From an uncultured delta proteobacterium (GTDB taxonomy: Bacteria > Desulfobacterota > Binatia > UBA9968): a stretch of 64,000 nt of DNA. A program made the position numbers and the translations under genes. Positions 32,640-42,700 of the stretch are shown one piece after another. Under the pieces are notes generated by a model that saw only the letters and a program-made list of their open reading frames with translations, made no database searches and was not told where the DNA came from. The stretch covers positions 192,001-256,000 of the forward strand of contig CAWJZV010000030.1 of assembly GCA_963847445.1 (NCBI GenBank). Direction: 5' to 3'. How positions within the stretch are numbered: the stretch's first letter is position 1; each line of letters opens with the position of its first letter.

Positions 32640-34241
32640 TCACAGCACCAAGCGCAATTTTAAGATCGCAGCGATTTCGTTGAAAACGGCAGTGAGCTGC
32701 TGCGTGACGTTGCCGCTATCGTCGACGATAAAGACCTTGCCCTTCTCTTGAGTCGTATCGATGCAAGGACCGGTGCCACAGGGCCAGGATTGGAGCAAGT
32801 CAGCGTGGGTATCGCCGTCGACAGTCGTCGTGAACACGCCGTTACAAACCGTCGTCATGGTCTCAACGACACCCGTAGATAAAGTGACTATATCTGTGGC
32901 GTTAGCCATACGCGCGAGCATGCATTTCGCGTTAGCATCCAAGCTACCTTGCGGCTGGCTAGCGCTCGGTTGGCCGATCGCGATGGCAAAAAACACGACG
33001 TCGTGCGCCCCGCCTGCGGCGCAGGCGCTATTACCATAGCCACAGTTGCGAATTTGATTGGCTTCGTGCATCGCTCCGTTAGTAACGCATCCCGTGATCG
33101 ACCGAGTACAGCGAATTACCTCGCGGTACAAAGCAGCGTTATCGCCTGATCCAGGAATGCGCCCAGCTGCACTGAGATTAGAAAAATCCTTTCGTCGCAT
33201 GTATTGTTGTGAAGAACTGCTAGTCCAGCTTGGAACACCGTGTATGCATCCACCGCTCACCCCTCCGGTATTTCCCGGCGCGGGCAAAATGTTTCCTGGG
33301 AGTATCGGGTTATGCTCACACTCCGAAGCGCTGTCCCGCCGCATGAAGGTCGGTTGTCCATCGGTAACGAGCAGAACGGCCTTCCGGGTCGTCGCACGGG
33401 TTGGATCGGTAAACGCCGCAGCCAACGGCGGCCGAGCCGTCCGCACCCCCTCCATTGTATTCGTACCACCGTTGCCGCCGTTGGTGGACAGCGCGGTAAC
33501 CTTGCTTTGCAACGTGCTGATGTAACTGCTCGTGGCAAAATCCAAAGCGGCATCAGGAGCACAGGTAGCGGCCGTCGAGTCGACTCCCGACGAGTTACCA
33601 CAACCACGCCACGCGAAGCTGGTCATGCCGATCCGGTCATTCGCCGAGAATAGATTCGATAACCCCAAGAATGAGTTGACAGCCGATTTTAGCGAAGCGA
33701 TTCTCATCGTGCCAGTCCCATCAGTCGCGTCCATTGACCCGGAGCGATCGAGCACGAGCATCAGGTCGATAGGTCGCTCCGGCCCCGCTTCGGCTTGGAC
33801 GACGACATTGATGGTTGAATAATCACCGGGCGCCATCCAGCCGAGAAATCTCAGAAACGTCGTCGGTACTGGCTCGCTGCCAATGATGCGAACCGCGCGC
33901 AAATCCGGACCGCCGGCCACGGGCATGTTGAAAAAAGATATCGTGGCGGTGATCGGTGCACCGCTGGTGGTCGAGCAGGTATTGCCACCAGTCCAAGCAA
34001 CCTGTGCACCGTTCATGAGCATGGAATCGCAAGCCGCTCGGGTGGCGTCGGTCTCGAAGGCGACTTGTCCTTTCAGGACTTTTGCCGCGGCCAACGCCGC
34101 GCCGTCTATAAGACGAGAGACACGCGCCTTCTCCAGATAGGCGCGGCCAAAGTCAACGGCAAAGCCGATAAATGTTCCCAGGAGGGCAAACCCCAGAGTG
34201 AGAAAGACAAGAAATGAGCCTCTTTGGTTTAGCTTGCGCAT
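32640..34241 (-). CDS. tadG: TadG-like pilus protein with VWA domain
   Basis: QRG prepilin-like N-terminus, AVDFGR...DGAALAAA, MIDAS motif DRSGS, LVTDG; Cys-rich insertions. Confidence 0.8.
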   Translation of the reverse strand: MRKLNQRGSFLVFLTLGFALLGTFIGFAVDFGRAYLEKARVSRLIDGAALAAAKVLKGQVAFETDATRAACDSMLMNGAQVAWTGGNTCSTTSGAPITATISFFNMPVAGGPDLRAVRIIGSEPVPTTFLRFLGWMAPGDYSTINVVVQAEAGPERPIDLMLVLDRSGSMDATDGTGTMRIASLKSAVNSFLGLSNLFSANDRIGMTSFAWRGCGNSSGVDSTAATCAPDAALDFATSSYISTLQSKVTALSTNGGNGGTNTMEGVRTARPPLAAAFTDPTRATTRKAVLLVTDGQPTFMRRDSASECEHNPILPGNILPAPGNTGGVSGGCIHGVPSWTSSSSQQYMRRKDFSNLSAAGRIPGSGDNAALYREVIRCTRSITGCVTNGAMHEANQIRNCGYGNSACAAGGAHDVVFFAIAIGQPSASQPQGSLDANAKCMLARMANATDIVTLSTGVVETMTTVCNGVFTTTVDGDTHADLLQSWPCGTGPCIDTTQEKGKVFIVDDSGNVTQQLTAVFNEIAAILKLRLVL

Positions 34242-34266
34242 AATTACTCCCTCTCATGCTTTTAGG

Positions 34267-34842
34267 CTACACCGAGCCGCTGACATTGGTAAAAATAGTC
34301 CTATCGTAGAAATCAGTGTTAATTCCCTTGCCAACATAGGTAACGATGTACGGTAAGTAGTTGAAATAGACTTCTATGACTTGGAAAGTTTGCCCCGCTA
34401 TAACACTGCCGATACCGGGAATAGTAACGATCTCATTGACCGCGCCGGTGCTGCTCAGCTTGCTATTTTTGACCAGCAGCCCGCGCGTCAATTGACTTTC
34501 AATTCGGTACGTACAGGGAGTCGTCGGTGGATTGGGACATGGGACAGTAATGTCTTGGGTCACCTTGGAATAAATGATCTTCCAGTTGGCTTGATTGGAT
34601 GTCTTGAATGTATCCGACGCCGACGCGATGATGGCATCGAGAGCATTACTGGCTGTGGTGCCGCGGGAAACCAAATTAGCGCCTTCGCGGGAAGTATGGG
34701 TCATCGTTAAATGAGTGCTGATAACCTGGCCTACTTCGATGGCGCCGTAGGCGAGAAATATCATGAGTGGCGCGATCAGCGACAGCTCGATGAGCGACTG
34801 CCCCTTCTGTGAACCGAGCCTAGATCTTAGTGATTGCATCAT
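34267..34842 (-). CDS. TadE/TadF-like pseudopilin
   Basis: KGQSLIELSLIAP...SREGA. Confidence 0.82.
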   Translation of the reverse strand: MMQSLRSRLGSQKGQSLIELSLIAPLMIFLAYGAIEVGQVISTHLTMTHTSREGANLVSRGTTASNALDAIIASASDTFKTSNQANWKIIYSKVTQDITVPCPNPPTTPCTYRIESQLTRGLLVKNSKLSSTGAVNEIVTIPGIGSVIAGQTFQVIEVYFNYLPYIVTYVGKGINTDFYDRTIFTNVSGSV

Positions 34843-34859
34843 AATACCTCCAAGTTTGT

Positions 34860-35330
34860 TTAGAACGGCTCGTTCTTCCAGGTCGTGCTCAGTTGAAACG
34901 GCACGCCACCGGACGGGAAGAAGCGGGAGAAAAACGGCATCAACGAGGGTTTAGACAGATTGACCGTAACCACGACGGTTTGGTTCGACCCTCCGCCCGG
35001 TTGGCTGCAGCTACCGTTTAGACAGGCGAACTGAAAATTACTCGTTCCTAAATTGGGGCACTGCACCCCCGCGGCGATAACGTTGGCGCAGAAAACGTCG
35101 TGAATCATCTGGTCGCGAGGAATAGCAACACCGGCGCCGTCGGTTCCCGTCTTGCCGGTGACCATGTACCGGCCCGCGGTACGCAGCGCGTGCTGTAACG
35201 TAACCTTGGAGTACAGCAAGTGAGAAAACTCCACGATCGCCATGAACAAGGAAAAAAATATCAAGAAACCGAAAGTCAGCTCGACGACGGCTTGGCCGTC
35301 TCGACGGGTAATCGGTGTAGCACCTAGCAT
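34860..35330 (-). CDS. tadE: TadE-like pseudopilin
   Basis: DGQAVVEL...AGRY and C-terminal WKNEPF. Confidence 0.82.
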   Translation of the reverse strand: MLGATPITRRDGQAVVELTFGFLIFFSLFMAIVEFSHLLYSKVTLQHALRTAGRYMVTGKTGTDGAGVAIPRDQMIHDVFCANVIAAGVQCPNLGTSNFQFACLNGSCSQPGGGSNQTVVVTVNLSKPSLMPFFSRFFPSGGVPFQLSTTWKNEPF

Positions 35331-35437
35331 ATAGACTCCTCCTCTCGGGCTCTCGCCACCACGGATCATTGGCATCCGGATGCTAAGTCACATGTGAGAT
35401 TATGAACCGTAATTGGCGTTGTTAGTGGAGGGGAAAG

Positions 35438-35453
35438 AGCAACTCCGATGCCA
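35438..35453 (-). promoter_or_regulatory. Sigma-54 (-24/-12) promoter for the tad genes
   Basis: Minus strand TGGCAT-CGGAG-TTGCT fits TGGCAC-N5-TTGCW. Confidence 0.65.
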
Positions 35454-35713
35454 TTTTTGACAAAGCACCTGAGCGCACTCCTGGGTCATGCGTTGATAGA
35501 TAGGGCGTTTGTCGAGCGCCAGTCTGCCAAATTCGGCGCCCCTTGCCGTACATTTTCCACCAATTGATTCACCGAACAAAATTGTTCAGACAGCAACTAC
35601 GACAAACGAAGGGCGGAACTTCCTGGCAAACGACTGGAGACGCGGGGGAGGAACAGGCAAATTCGACGAATCACCTTGGCACCTTTGGGAAGTCGCGACG
35701 GCGAAGATTCGCT

Positions 35714-36316
35714 CTACCTAAACTGTCCATGGTTTGCCAAAACTTGCTGACTACGAAAGCAACCCTCCGCATGGTCGTTGACCATGCCGGTGGCTTGCAT
35801 ATGGGCATAGATTATCGTCGATCCGACGAATTTGAAGCCACGCTGTTTGAGATCTTTACTCAAGGCGTCTGACTCGCGGCTGGTGGCCGGATAATCTTTC
35901 AGTTTTGTAAGACGATTGACGATCGGCTTGCCGCCAACGAAGCGCCAGATGTAGGCGTCAAAGTTGCCGAACTCTTTTTGGATCTGTAAAAATTTGCCGG
36001 CGTTGTTGACCGCGGCGTGGATTTTCAAGCGATTGCGAATGATACCTGGATTATTCAGCAACGCCTCGATCTGCTGCTCGCCATAGCGCGCGACTTTTGC
36101 CGGATCGAAACCGGCAAACGCTTCGCGGTAAGCTTCCCGCTTGCGCAGCACGGTGTACCAGCTCAATCCCGCCTGGGCGGCTTCCAAAGTGAGAAACTCA
36201 AAGATCACGCGATCGTCATGCACCGGCACGCCCCATTCGCGGTCATGATACTCGACATAATCCGGCTTGGTCATGTCGACCCAAGGGCAGCGGTCTTTGT
36301 TGTCATAACCTTTCAT
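35714..36316 (-). CDS. tag: DNA-3-methyladenine glycosylase I
   Basis: RCPW, YHDREWG, QAGLSW, IIRNRLKI, GFKFVG and GMVNDH. Confidence 0.95.
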   Translation of the reverse strand: MKGYDNKDRCPWVDMTKPDYVEYHDREWGVPVHDDRVIFEFLTLEAAQAGLSWYTVLRKREAYREAFAGFDPAKVARYGEQQIEALLNNPGIIRNRLKIHAAVNNAGKFLQIQKEFGNFDAYIWRFVGGKPIVNRLTKLKDYPATSRESDALSKDLKQRGFKFVGSTIIYAHMQATGMVNDHAEGCFRSQQVLANHGQFR

Positions 36317-36364
36317 GGTTCACCGGCTCCCGAAAAGGTACTTTGGAATAACTTGCCAAGCCAA

Positions 36365-36432
36365 GAGGGCGGGTTTCAAACCCGCCCCTCGAATGTCGAT
36401 TTCTTTTTGCGCATTTTGCGTTCTTTGCGGCT
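36365..36432. repeat. REP hairpin plus family E repeats
   Basis: GGGCGGGTTT-C-AAACCCGCCC followed by TTTGCG x3. Confidence 0.7.
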
Positions 36433-36967
36433 AATTCTTTTTTGGAAACCTGCGATACAGCCGCACAATCCACCAGACGAGCGCCAGGGCGAAGCCGAAA
36501 AGAATCGCCGAGAAGGTCGACACCGGCAGTGCCGGCGGCTGCATGTGATTGGCCTTGAGAATGACGTAGTGCATGCCGAGCATCATCATGACGATCAAAC
36601 AGCCGAGTCGTTTGCCGTGGGCTGACAAGTAGCGCAGCGACTCTTCCCGGCGCGCCGGCGCCAGCCAGTAGTCGCGGTTGGGCAGGTTGGTCCAGTGCGG
36701 AAACTTGCGCGGCAAAGTGCCGACTGCGAAGCTGACCAACGCCGAGATGCCGATCAAGAACGCCAGCATGAACAGCAGATAACCGTTGCGGCTCATCCAG
36801 CCGTTGGCCTGATTGTCCCCGGCAAAATGAGTCGCCACCGAGTCGGGCAGGTAGCGCGTCGTATAAATAATAAACACCACGGCAAATACCGTCAGACAGA
36901 TCAAACTCACCAATGCGCCCGCGCCATCTTCACGCCGCACGCTCATCTTCTCGCTGGTACCACGCAT
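36431..36967 (-). CDS. DUF1648-like membrane protein
   Basis: LPDSVATHF...ANGWM and NLPNRDYW; four hydrophobic segments. Confidence 0.7.
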   Translation of the reverse strand: MRGTSEKMSVRREDGAGALVSLICLTVFAVVFIIYTTRYLPDSVATHFAGDNQANGWMSRNGYLLFMLAFLIGISALVSFAVGTLPRKFPHWTNLPNRDYWLAPARREESLRYLSAHGKRLGCLIVMMMLGMHYVILKANHMQPPALPVSTFSAILFGFALALVWWIVRLYRRFPKKN

Positions 36968-36980
36968 AACGTTGGCCGTC

Positions 36981-37470
36981 CTAACAGATCAATGCGCTCG
37001 CCGCTTCAGTCTTGATGCCCACGATGGCGTCGCCGCACAGCTTCGGCGGTTTTCTGCCATTGGCACCCTGCCCCACCGGCCCACGGCGGAAGACGTGCCA
37101 AGCGTTCAAACCCGGAAAGCCGTCGCTGCCGTTACCCCAGTCACGGCCGGCGTCGACGATAACCAGCCGATTCGCTTGGCCGTGATATATCGAGGTGTTG
37201 CTTTTTTCCGTCGCCCGTTCTTTGAGCACAAACGCGGTGTTTCGCTGGCCATCGCCGTCGAAATCACCGTGCAGATAAAATGGCTTGATATGCGCTGACA
37301 ATTGATAGCGCTTAGCCAGCGGACTCTTCGCGAAATTGATGCGCTCCTCTGGCGGCAGGCTCGGCAGCGTTTCAAAATCGATCTCATCGGCAGCGATGCT
37401 ATCGGAATTGCAGCAACACCGATAGTAGAGCTGAGAGCCGCAGCAACACAGAGAAACCGGGATGGTGAAC
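36981..37470 (-). CDS. Hypothetical secreted protein, frameshifted (ends approximate)
   Basis: Signal-like N-terminus; KPFYLHGDFDGDG motif. Confidence 0.45.
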
Positions 37471-37482
37471 AGACGAAACGAT

Positions 37483-37965
37483 CTACCGGCCCGAACTGCG
37501 AACCAACGCGTCCAACCCCTCGGCGACGGAATTTTCGGAATCCGGAGTCACCTGCCCTTGCGGTGTCAGCTGATTGATTAGCTCGGGCAGCATCTGCGAC
37601 ATGGCCGAGCCCGCTTGATCTTGTGACATACCGAGTTTCGCAGCGATATCGCCGAGCGCGTCCGAGCCGAACACTTGCTGTAACTGATCCGGTGAAATGT
37701 TCATGTTCTGCCCCGTGCCTACCCAAGAGTCAGCCTGGGCGCCCATACCGGCTTCGCGGAACTTGCCGAGCACACCGCCGAGCCCGCCCTGCTGCTGCAG
37801 CATCGAAAGACCGAGCTGCAACAAAATATTTCCTGTGCTACCGCCACTGGCGCCGGTAAGGCCGCCTAAAATCGCGCTCAACGGATCTTGAGCTTGTGAC
37901 TGCCCTCGATTGCCACCTAGGGCGGCGCCAAGTACGTTTCCGAGTAAGCCATCTAATAGTCCCAT
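37483..37965 (-). CDS. YidB (DUF937) family protein
   Basis: GGLGG...SWVGTGQN...LPELINQLTPQG. Confidence 0.88.
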   Translation of the reverse strand: MGLLDGLLGNVLGAALGGNRGQSQAQDPLSAILGGLTGASGGSTGNILLQLGLSMLQQQGGLGGVLGKFREAGMGAQADSWVGTGQNMNISPDQLQQVFGSDALGDIAAKLGMSQDQAGSAMSQMLPELINQLTPQGQVTPDSENSVAEGLDALVRSSGR

Positions 37966-38133
37966 GAAATCCTCCTTACGCGATTTCTTTAAAATATGCC
38001 GACGATTCAAATACTATCCCAGGTCGCAGCACAGCCGCAATATAAACGGGGCAAGTTCTGAACTCACTCCGCCATTGCCAGTCCTTCGATAATCGGATTA
38101 CGTCTAACCATGACCGTATTGATGCGACTGCCA

Positions 38134-38544
38134 TTATTTTGATCCTTGCCGATTGCGCCGCGCTTTTCGTTCGACACCTTCGAGATGAACGCGCCGTGAC
38201 TCATCACTCTGTTGGCGCTTTTTGCGCCGGCATAGCCGGCAGCGCACCGCCGTCGTGTAGACAAATCCCTTCGCCACTTCATACCACCACTTCTGCTGCG
38301 TCCCGGTCCACACTTCTTCTTTACCGCAGTCGCCACAGCGAAACGGCCGATCGACGTAGTAGCCGCGATAGACGAAGTCGGGCGCGCCGTAACTGTTGTT
38401 CGGCGCCAGCAGGGCTTCATTCACCGGCGGCCCGAGCACGGGACGAGGTTGCCGCTCCTGCTGTTTATTGGGCGACTCAATCTTGGCCGCTTTGTGATTT
38501 CGTTTGGCCTTAATCTCAACGTACTTCTGCTTGCCGCTTTTCAT
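38134..38544 (-). CDS. Zinc-ribbon domain protein
   Basis: YVDRPFRCGDCG...QQKWWYE...RCRLCR. Confidence 0.8.
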   Translation of the reverse strand: MKSGKQKYVEIKAKRNHKAAKIESPNKQQERQPRPVLGPPVNEALLAPNNSYGAPDFVYRGYYVDRPFRCGDCGKEEVWTGTQQKWWYEVAKGFVYTTAVRCRLCRRKKRQQSDESRRVHLEGVERKARRNRQGSK

Positions 38545-38560
38545 TAACCCAATTCGATTC

Positions 38561-39103
38561 TCATCGTTCGGCTGACGCTACAGAAGTATGCACGCTGCCG
38601 GATTCGTCCCACTGAACCGCAGCGCCGACAACAATTTCGCCATCGGTGAGGACTCGTGCATAGGCGCCGCCGCGCCAGCCGTCGTACATCGCAACCTGCA
38701 GTCCGGGCAAGACTTCATCCATTCGTTCGCAAGGTTTGGTCTCGCCGCCAATTTGCAGCCGAGACGAGCCAATGCGCAAAACTTTCCCGCGCGAATTGGC
38801 CAATGAAATGCCGCGCACCAATAGGTTTGCCCGGCGCACACTGGGCTCTTTCGAACCGCCGACCAGCTTCATCAACTCATCCCAGACCTCTATTTCCAGC
38901 AAGGTAACCTGGCGTGATCCGCTTCGGTCGGCGCTCCCGGCGATGCCCTCTCCAGCGACCAGCTTTGCAGCCGGCACCGCGTCCATCGGCCCGCGATGAG
39001 CGCGCTTGATCCAGATCGCCGCCACATCACCGACGCTCGGAGTCAAAACACCGGCAGGAACCGGGTGAAGTTTTGCTTTAGGTAATCTCAAGATATCCTT
39101 CAT
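38561..39103 (-). CDS. MOSC domain protein
   Basis: RQVTL, RRANL, KPCERM and GAYARVL. Confidence 0.85.
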   Translation of the reverse strand: MKDILRLPKAKLHPVPAGVLTPSVGDVAAIWIKRAHRGPMDAVPAAKLVAGEGIAGSADRSGSRQVTLLEIEVWDELMKLVGGSKEPSVRRANLLVRGISLANSRGKVLRIGSSRLQIGGETKPCERMDEVLPGLQVAMYDGWRGGAYARVLTDGEIVVGAAVQWDESGSVHTSVASAER

Positions 39104-39113
39104 GGCCGGCTGA

Positions 39114-40112
39114 TTAGCGCAGGCGCTGCATAAACCCTTCTTTTTCGATCTCGTCGAGCAGGCTCATATCGACGAACTCGGCGGGATTGCGCTGCGGCGC
39201 GTTCATTTCCCGCAGGATATTTTTCAATCCTTCCAGATTGGTCCGCGGTATGGCGTCGGTGCGGCGGGCGAAGAATTCATAGGTGGCATCGGTCGCTTCG
39301 GCATCGTCGACGCGCAGATATTTCTTGAGAATCTTGATGCTGCCTTCCCGATTGGTGCGCATGTAGTGAATCGCCTCGATCTGCGCCCGCAGCAGGTTTT
39401 TCGCCAGCGGCCGCTGTTTCTCGATGAACGCGCGCGTGAGCATCCACGACGTATTCGGATAGGCGCTGAATTCGCCGATATCGGCGAGCACGTTCATGCC
39501 GCGCTTGCGCGCGATATGAATCTCCGGGTAGGAAAGAATCGTCGCGTCGATCTGTCCTAAGGTCAACGCCAATAATCGCGCATTGGTCGCGCCCGACTGG
39601 AGAATCGTCACCTGGCGCGGATCGATTTTCCAGGCGCGCAGCGCCCACTGGATGCCGGTGTCGTTGGAGCCGCCGAAGCGGAGAATGCCGATCTTCTTGC
39701 CGATCAACTGCTGCGGTGTTTTGATTTCCGCACGCGCGATGATTTCGGCCGACATGCGATTTTCCGAGGTGGCGACGAGCGCGATCGGCGCGCCGCGCAA
39801 CGCCGCCCCGATCGCCGCCGACGCCGAGTTCTGACTCAGCTGAATGCTGTTGGCGAGCAGTGCCTGCATGCCCAGCGCGCCGCCGCTGATCAACAGCGGC
39901 TCGATATCGACGCCGTACTTCTTGCCGATGTCGGCTTCCTTGATCACCCACAGCGGCATCTGGTAACCGGCAATGCCGCCGTAGCCGGCGTAAATTTTCG
40001 TCGGATCGGCGGCGGCAGCTCGATCGTGCAATACACTGCCGAACAAACTAGCGAGTAGTGCCGCCGTCGTCCAAAAGGGGAATTTTCTTATACGTGAATA
40101 ACCAAGTTTCAC
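39114..40112 (-). CDS. NMT1/SsuA-like ABC substrate-binding protein
   Basis: [17 protein letters not shown] and [15 protein letters not shown]. Confidence 0.85.
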   Translation of the reverse strand: MKLGYSRIRKFPFWTTAALLASLFGSVLHDRAAAADPTKIYAGYGGIAGYQMPLWVIKEADIGKKYGVDIEPLLISGGALGMQALLANSIQLSQNSASAAIGAALRGAPIALVATSENRMSAEIIARAEIKTPQQLIGKKIGILRFGGSNDTGIQWALRAWKIDPRQVTILQSGATNARLLALTLGQIDATILSYPEIHIARKRGMNVLADIGEFSAYPNTSWMLTRAFIEKQRPLAKNLLRAQIEAIHYMRTNREGSIKILKKYLRVDDAEATDATYEFFARRTDAIPRTNLEGLKNILREMNAPQRNPAEFVDMSLLDEIEKEGFMQRLR

Positions 40113-40133
40113 ACTGACCTCGATGATCCAAAC

Positions 40134-41225
40134 TTAACCCACGACATATCGATCCAACTCCCGGCTGAACTCCAAACCCAGCCCCGGTTGAGTCGGCACC
40201 ACCAGTTCACCTTTTATCGGCGCCGGTACTTCCTGCCACAAGCGGAACGACCACGGCATATATTCCACCGTCAAGCCGTTGGGAATTGCCGAGACCAGAT
40301 GGACATGAATCTCCGGAAACAGATGGCTGACCACCGGCAAATTGAAAGCCTCCGCCATCGCCGCCACTTTCATCCAGTTGGAAATGCCGCCGACGCGGAT
40401 CAAATCGATCATGATGATATCGGCGGCGTGCGCTTCGATGGTATGGCGAAACGGCGTGATGCCGTACAAACATTCACCGCTCGCCAACGGCGTGGCCAAG
40501 GCATCGGCCACCCGCGCCAAGCCGGTGTAATCGTCATGCACGGTCACGTCTTCGAGCCAAAAGAAATGCACGTCCTCGACACGCCGGCCGATATCGATCG
40601 CCTGATTGACCGACCAGCGCTGATTGATATCGCACATGAGATCGATGTCCGGCCCCACCGCTGCGCGGGTCAAGCGCGCGCGCTCGGCCTCCTGCGCCGG
40701 GGTTACGTCACCGGGCAACGCCATCTGGGTTTTCATTTGCGTGAAACCGCGCTCGACCAGTGTCCGACAAGCTTTGAGCAGATGATCGAGCGGATAGCTG
40801 CGCACCAGCGCGCCGCTGGCGTAGGTCGGGACGCGCTCGCGCAGGCCGCCAAGCATAGTGCCAAGGGATTGGCCGAGAACTTTACCTTTGATATCCCATA
40901 GCGCCATATCGATGGCCGAGATCGCCAAAGTGAGAATGCCGCCGGGCCCGGCGCTCGCCGCCGCCGTGCGCAGTTTCTGCGTCAGCGCTTCGATGCGCAG
41001 CGGATCATCGCCGACGATCATCGCGCCCAACTGATCGATCGCCTGCTTGAGCGTCGCACTGAGCACGCCGCCAAAGAACGTCGCGCCGACGCCTTCGACA
41101 CCATCGGACGTCTCGATCCGAACTGTGACGAACATGTTATGCGCTCGTCCCGATGGCGGGCCATCGGCCAAAGGCTCGTCGACGGGTAGGCGAATCACTT
41201 GGGAACGGATGCTTTTGATTTTCAT
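40134..41225 (-). CDS. Mandelate racemase/muconate lactonizing enzyme family protein
   Basis: AIDMALWDIKGK, DINQ, WLED and GE motifs. Confidence 0.9.
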   Translation of the reverse strand: MKIKSIRSQVIRLPVDEPLADGPPSGRAHNMFVTVRIETSDGVEGVGATFFGGVLSATLKQAIDQLGAMIVGDDPLRIEALTQKLRTAAASAGPGGILTLAISAIDMALWDIKGKVLGQSLGTMLGGLRERVPTYASGALVRSYPLDHLLKACRTLVERGFTQMKTQMALPGDVTPAQEAERARLTRAAVGPDIDLMCDINQRWSVNQAIDIGRRVEDVHFFWLEDVTVHDDYTGLARVADALATPLASGECLYGITPFRHTIEAHAADIIMIDLIRVGGISNWMKVAAMAEAFNLPVVSHLFPEIHVHLVSAIPNGLTVEYMPWSFRLWQEVPAPIKGELVVPTQPGLGLEFSRELDRYVVG

Positions 41226-41227
41226 AG

Positions 41228-41446
41228 TTAGCCCTTTGCTCCTCGCACTACTTTAGCGATCCTCCACCGATACCACAGCGTAACAAATACTAGAAGATTC
41301 AAGATCGCGTACACCGCAACATAACACCACTGCGCCGGCGCCGAATGACCGACCGACTCGATGCCATAGCTCGCTTCGAGCCAGGACCAAAGCGGCAACA
41401 AGATAAAAGTAACGGCGAGGCTCAGTGGAATGCAGCCGAGCAGCAC
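41228..41446 (-). CDS. Small membrane protein
   Basis: Two hydrophobic segments around GIESVGHS; abuts the downstream gene. Confidence 0.55.
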   Translation of the reverse strand: MLLGCIPLSLAVTFILLPLWSWLEASYGIESVGHSAPAQWCYVAVYAILNLLVFVTLWYRWRIAKVVRGAKG

Positions 41447-41569
41447 AGCACCTATGCGCAGCAGAGCACGCCATCGTCACCCTAAATTCCGGCAATCGAG
41501 CCGACTCAATCCATTGATAGCTTGCAGTTGGGTATCTAGCACGCACGGTTTCTGTTAGGACTACCTTTC

Positions 41570-42154
41570 ATGAATCGCCACCAACGACGCGCTTACTTAC
41601 GCGAACTGCGCCCCTTCTTGATCGCTAGTCTAATCTTCTTCACCGTCGGGGTGGCATTCGGCGTGGCCGTGGCGAACCGCTTTCCAGGGCTGGCCGATCA
41701 TTTCGGCGACTCCATCACCGGTTTTCTCAAAACCTTCCGCGGCCTGCCCAAGCCACAACTCGCCGTCGCGATCTTTCTCAACAATTCAGTGAAGACATTG
41801 GCCGCGATCTTGTTAGGCTTAGCCATGGGCATCGTGCCGGCGTTGTTTCTGGTCGTCAACGGCGTCGTCCTCGGCGTGGTCTTTTTTCTCTCATCCCAAA
41901 GCCGCGGCGTGTGGCCGTCGCTATTGGCGATCTTGCCCCACGGTGTCATCGAACTCGCCGCGGTATTTCTCGGCACCGCCATCGGCCTCATGCTCGGCGA
42001 CCTGGTGCTGAAACGGCTGCTGCGAAAATCCGACGCGAAAATTCGCCCCGCTCTCGGCCGCGCCCTGCGCTTTTTCGCCATCGTCATCGTGCCGATGTTG
42101 CTCATCGCCGCATTGATCGAAGCCTTCGTCACCACCGCCCTGATCGGAACCTAA
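41570..42154 (+). CDS. SpoIIM-like membrane protein
   Basis: IFLNN, NG, LPHGVIEL and AALIEAFVT. Confidence 0.85.
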   Translation: MNRHQRRAYLRELRPFLIASLIFFTVGVAFGVAVANRFPGLADHFGDSITGFLKTFRGLPKPQLAVAIFLNNSVKTLAAILLGLAMGIVPALFLVVNGVVLGVVFFLSSQSRGVWPSLLAILPHGVIELAAVFLGTAIGLMLGDLVLKRLLRKSDAKIRPALGRALRFFAIVIVPMLLIAALIEAFVTTALIGT

Positions 42155-42251
42155 TGATGCGCCATGGAGTTAGCAGGCCGCCGATCCCGTTCGGATTGAA
42201 ATAAAACTGGCGGGGATATCTCGAAGCCATTTTCGGCGAAACTCTGACGCA

Positions 42252-42677
42252 TCATCGGGATTCTACTTTAAGCGAACAATAGCGCACCAGTAATTCACGA
42301 ATCTCTGCGACACGTTGGATTGGAAATTCTCGCGATTCGGTAAGATGCCCCCACACCGGCGCCGGCCAGCAGGGATCGTCTGGTTTTCTGCCAACGATAT
42401 GCAGATGCAGCTGGGGCACGACGTTACCGATGGCGGCAAAGTTTATTTTGCCGTAGCCGAGATGCCGTTTAATGAACTGGCCAATCATCGCCGCCTCGTT
42501 TATCGCGGCAATTCTCTGCTCATCAGGGAGATCAAGTAGATCAGTGACGTCGGTTTGCGGAACTAGAATGAACCAGGGCATCACGGCATTCTTGTTGAGC
42601 AGGACATGGCAGAAGGCGAACTTTCCCAGCCGATGGCAGTCAGCGAGCAACTGGGGATGGATTTCGAATCGAGACAT
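42252..42677 (-). CDS. HIT family protein
   Basis: KINFAAIGNVVPQLHLHIVGR...WPAPVWG. Confidence 0.9.
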   Translation of the reverse strand: MSRFEIHPQLLADCHRLGKFAFCHVLLNKNAVMPWFILVPQTDVTDLLDLPDEQRIAAINEAAMIGQFIKRHLGYGKINFAAIGNVVPQLHLHIVGRKPDDPCWPAPVWGHLTESREFPIQRVAEIRELLVRYCSLKVESR

Positions 42678-42700
42678 GGAGTGTGCACCTCGCGACGGGA

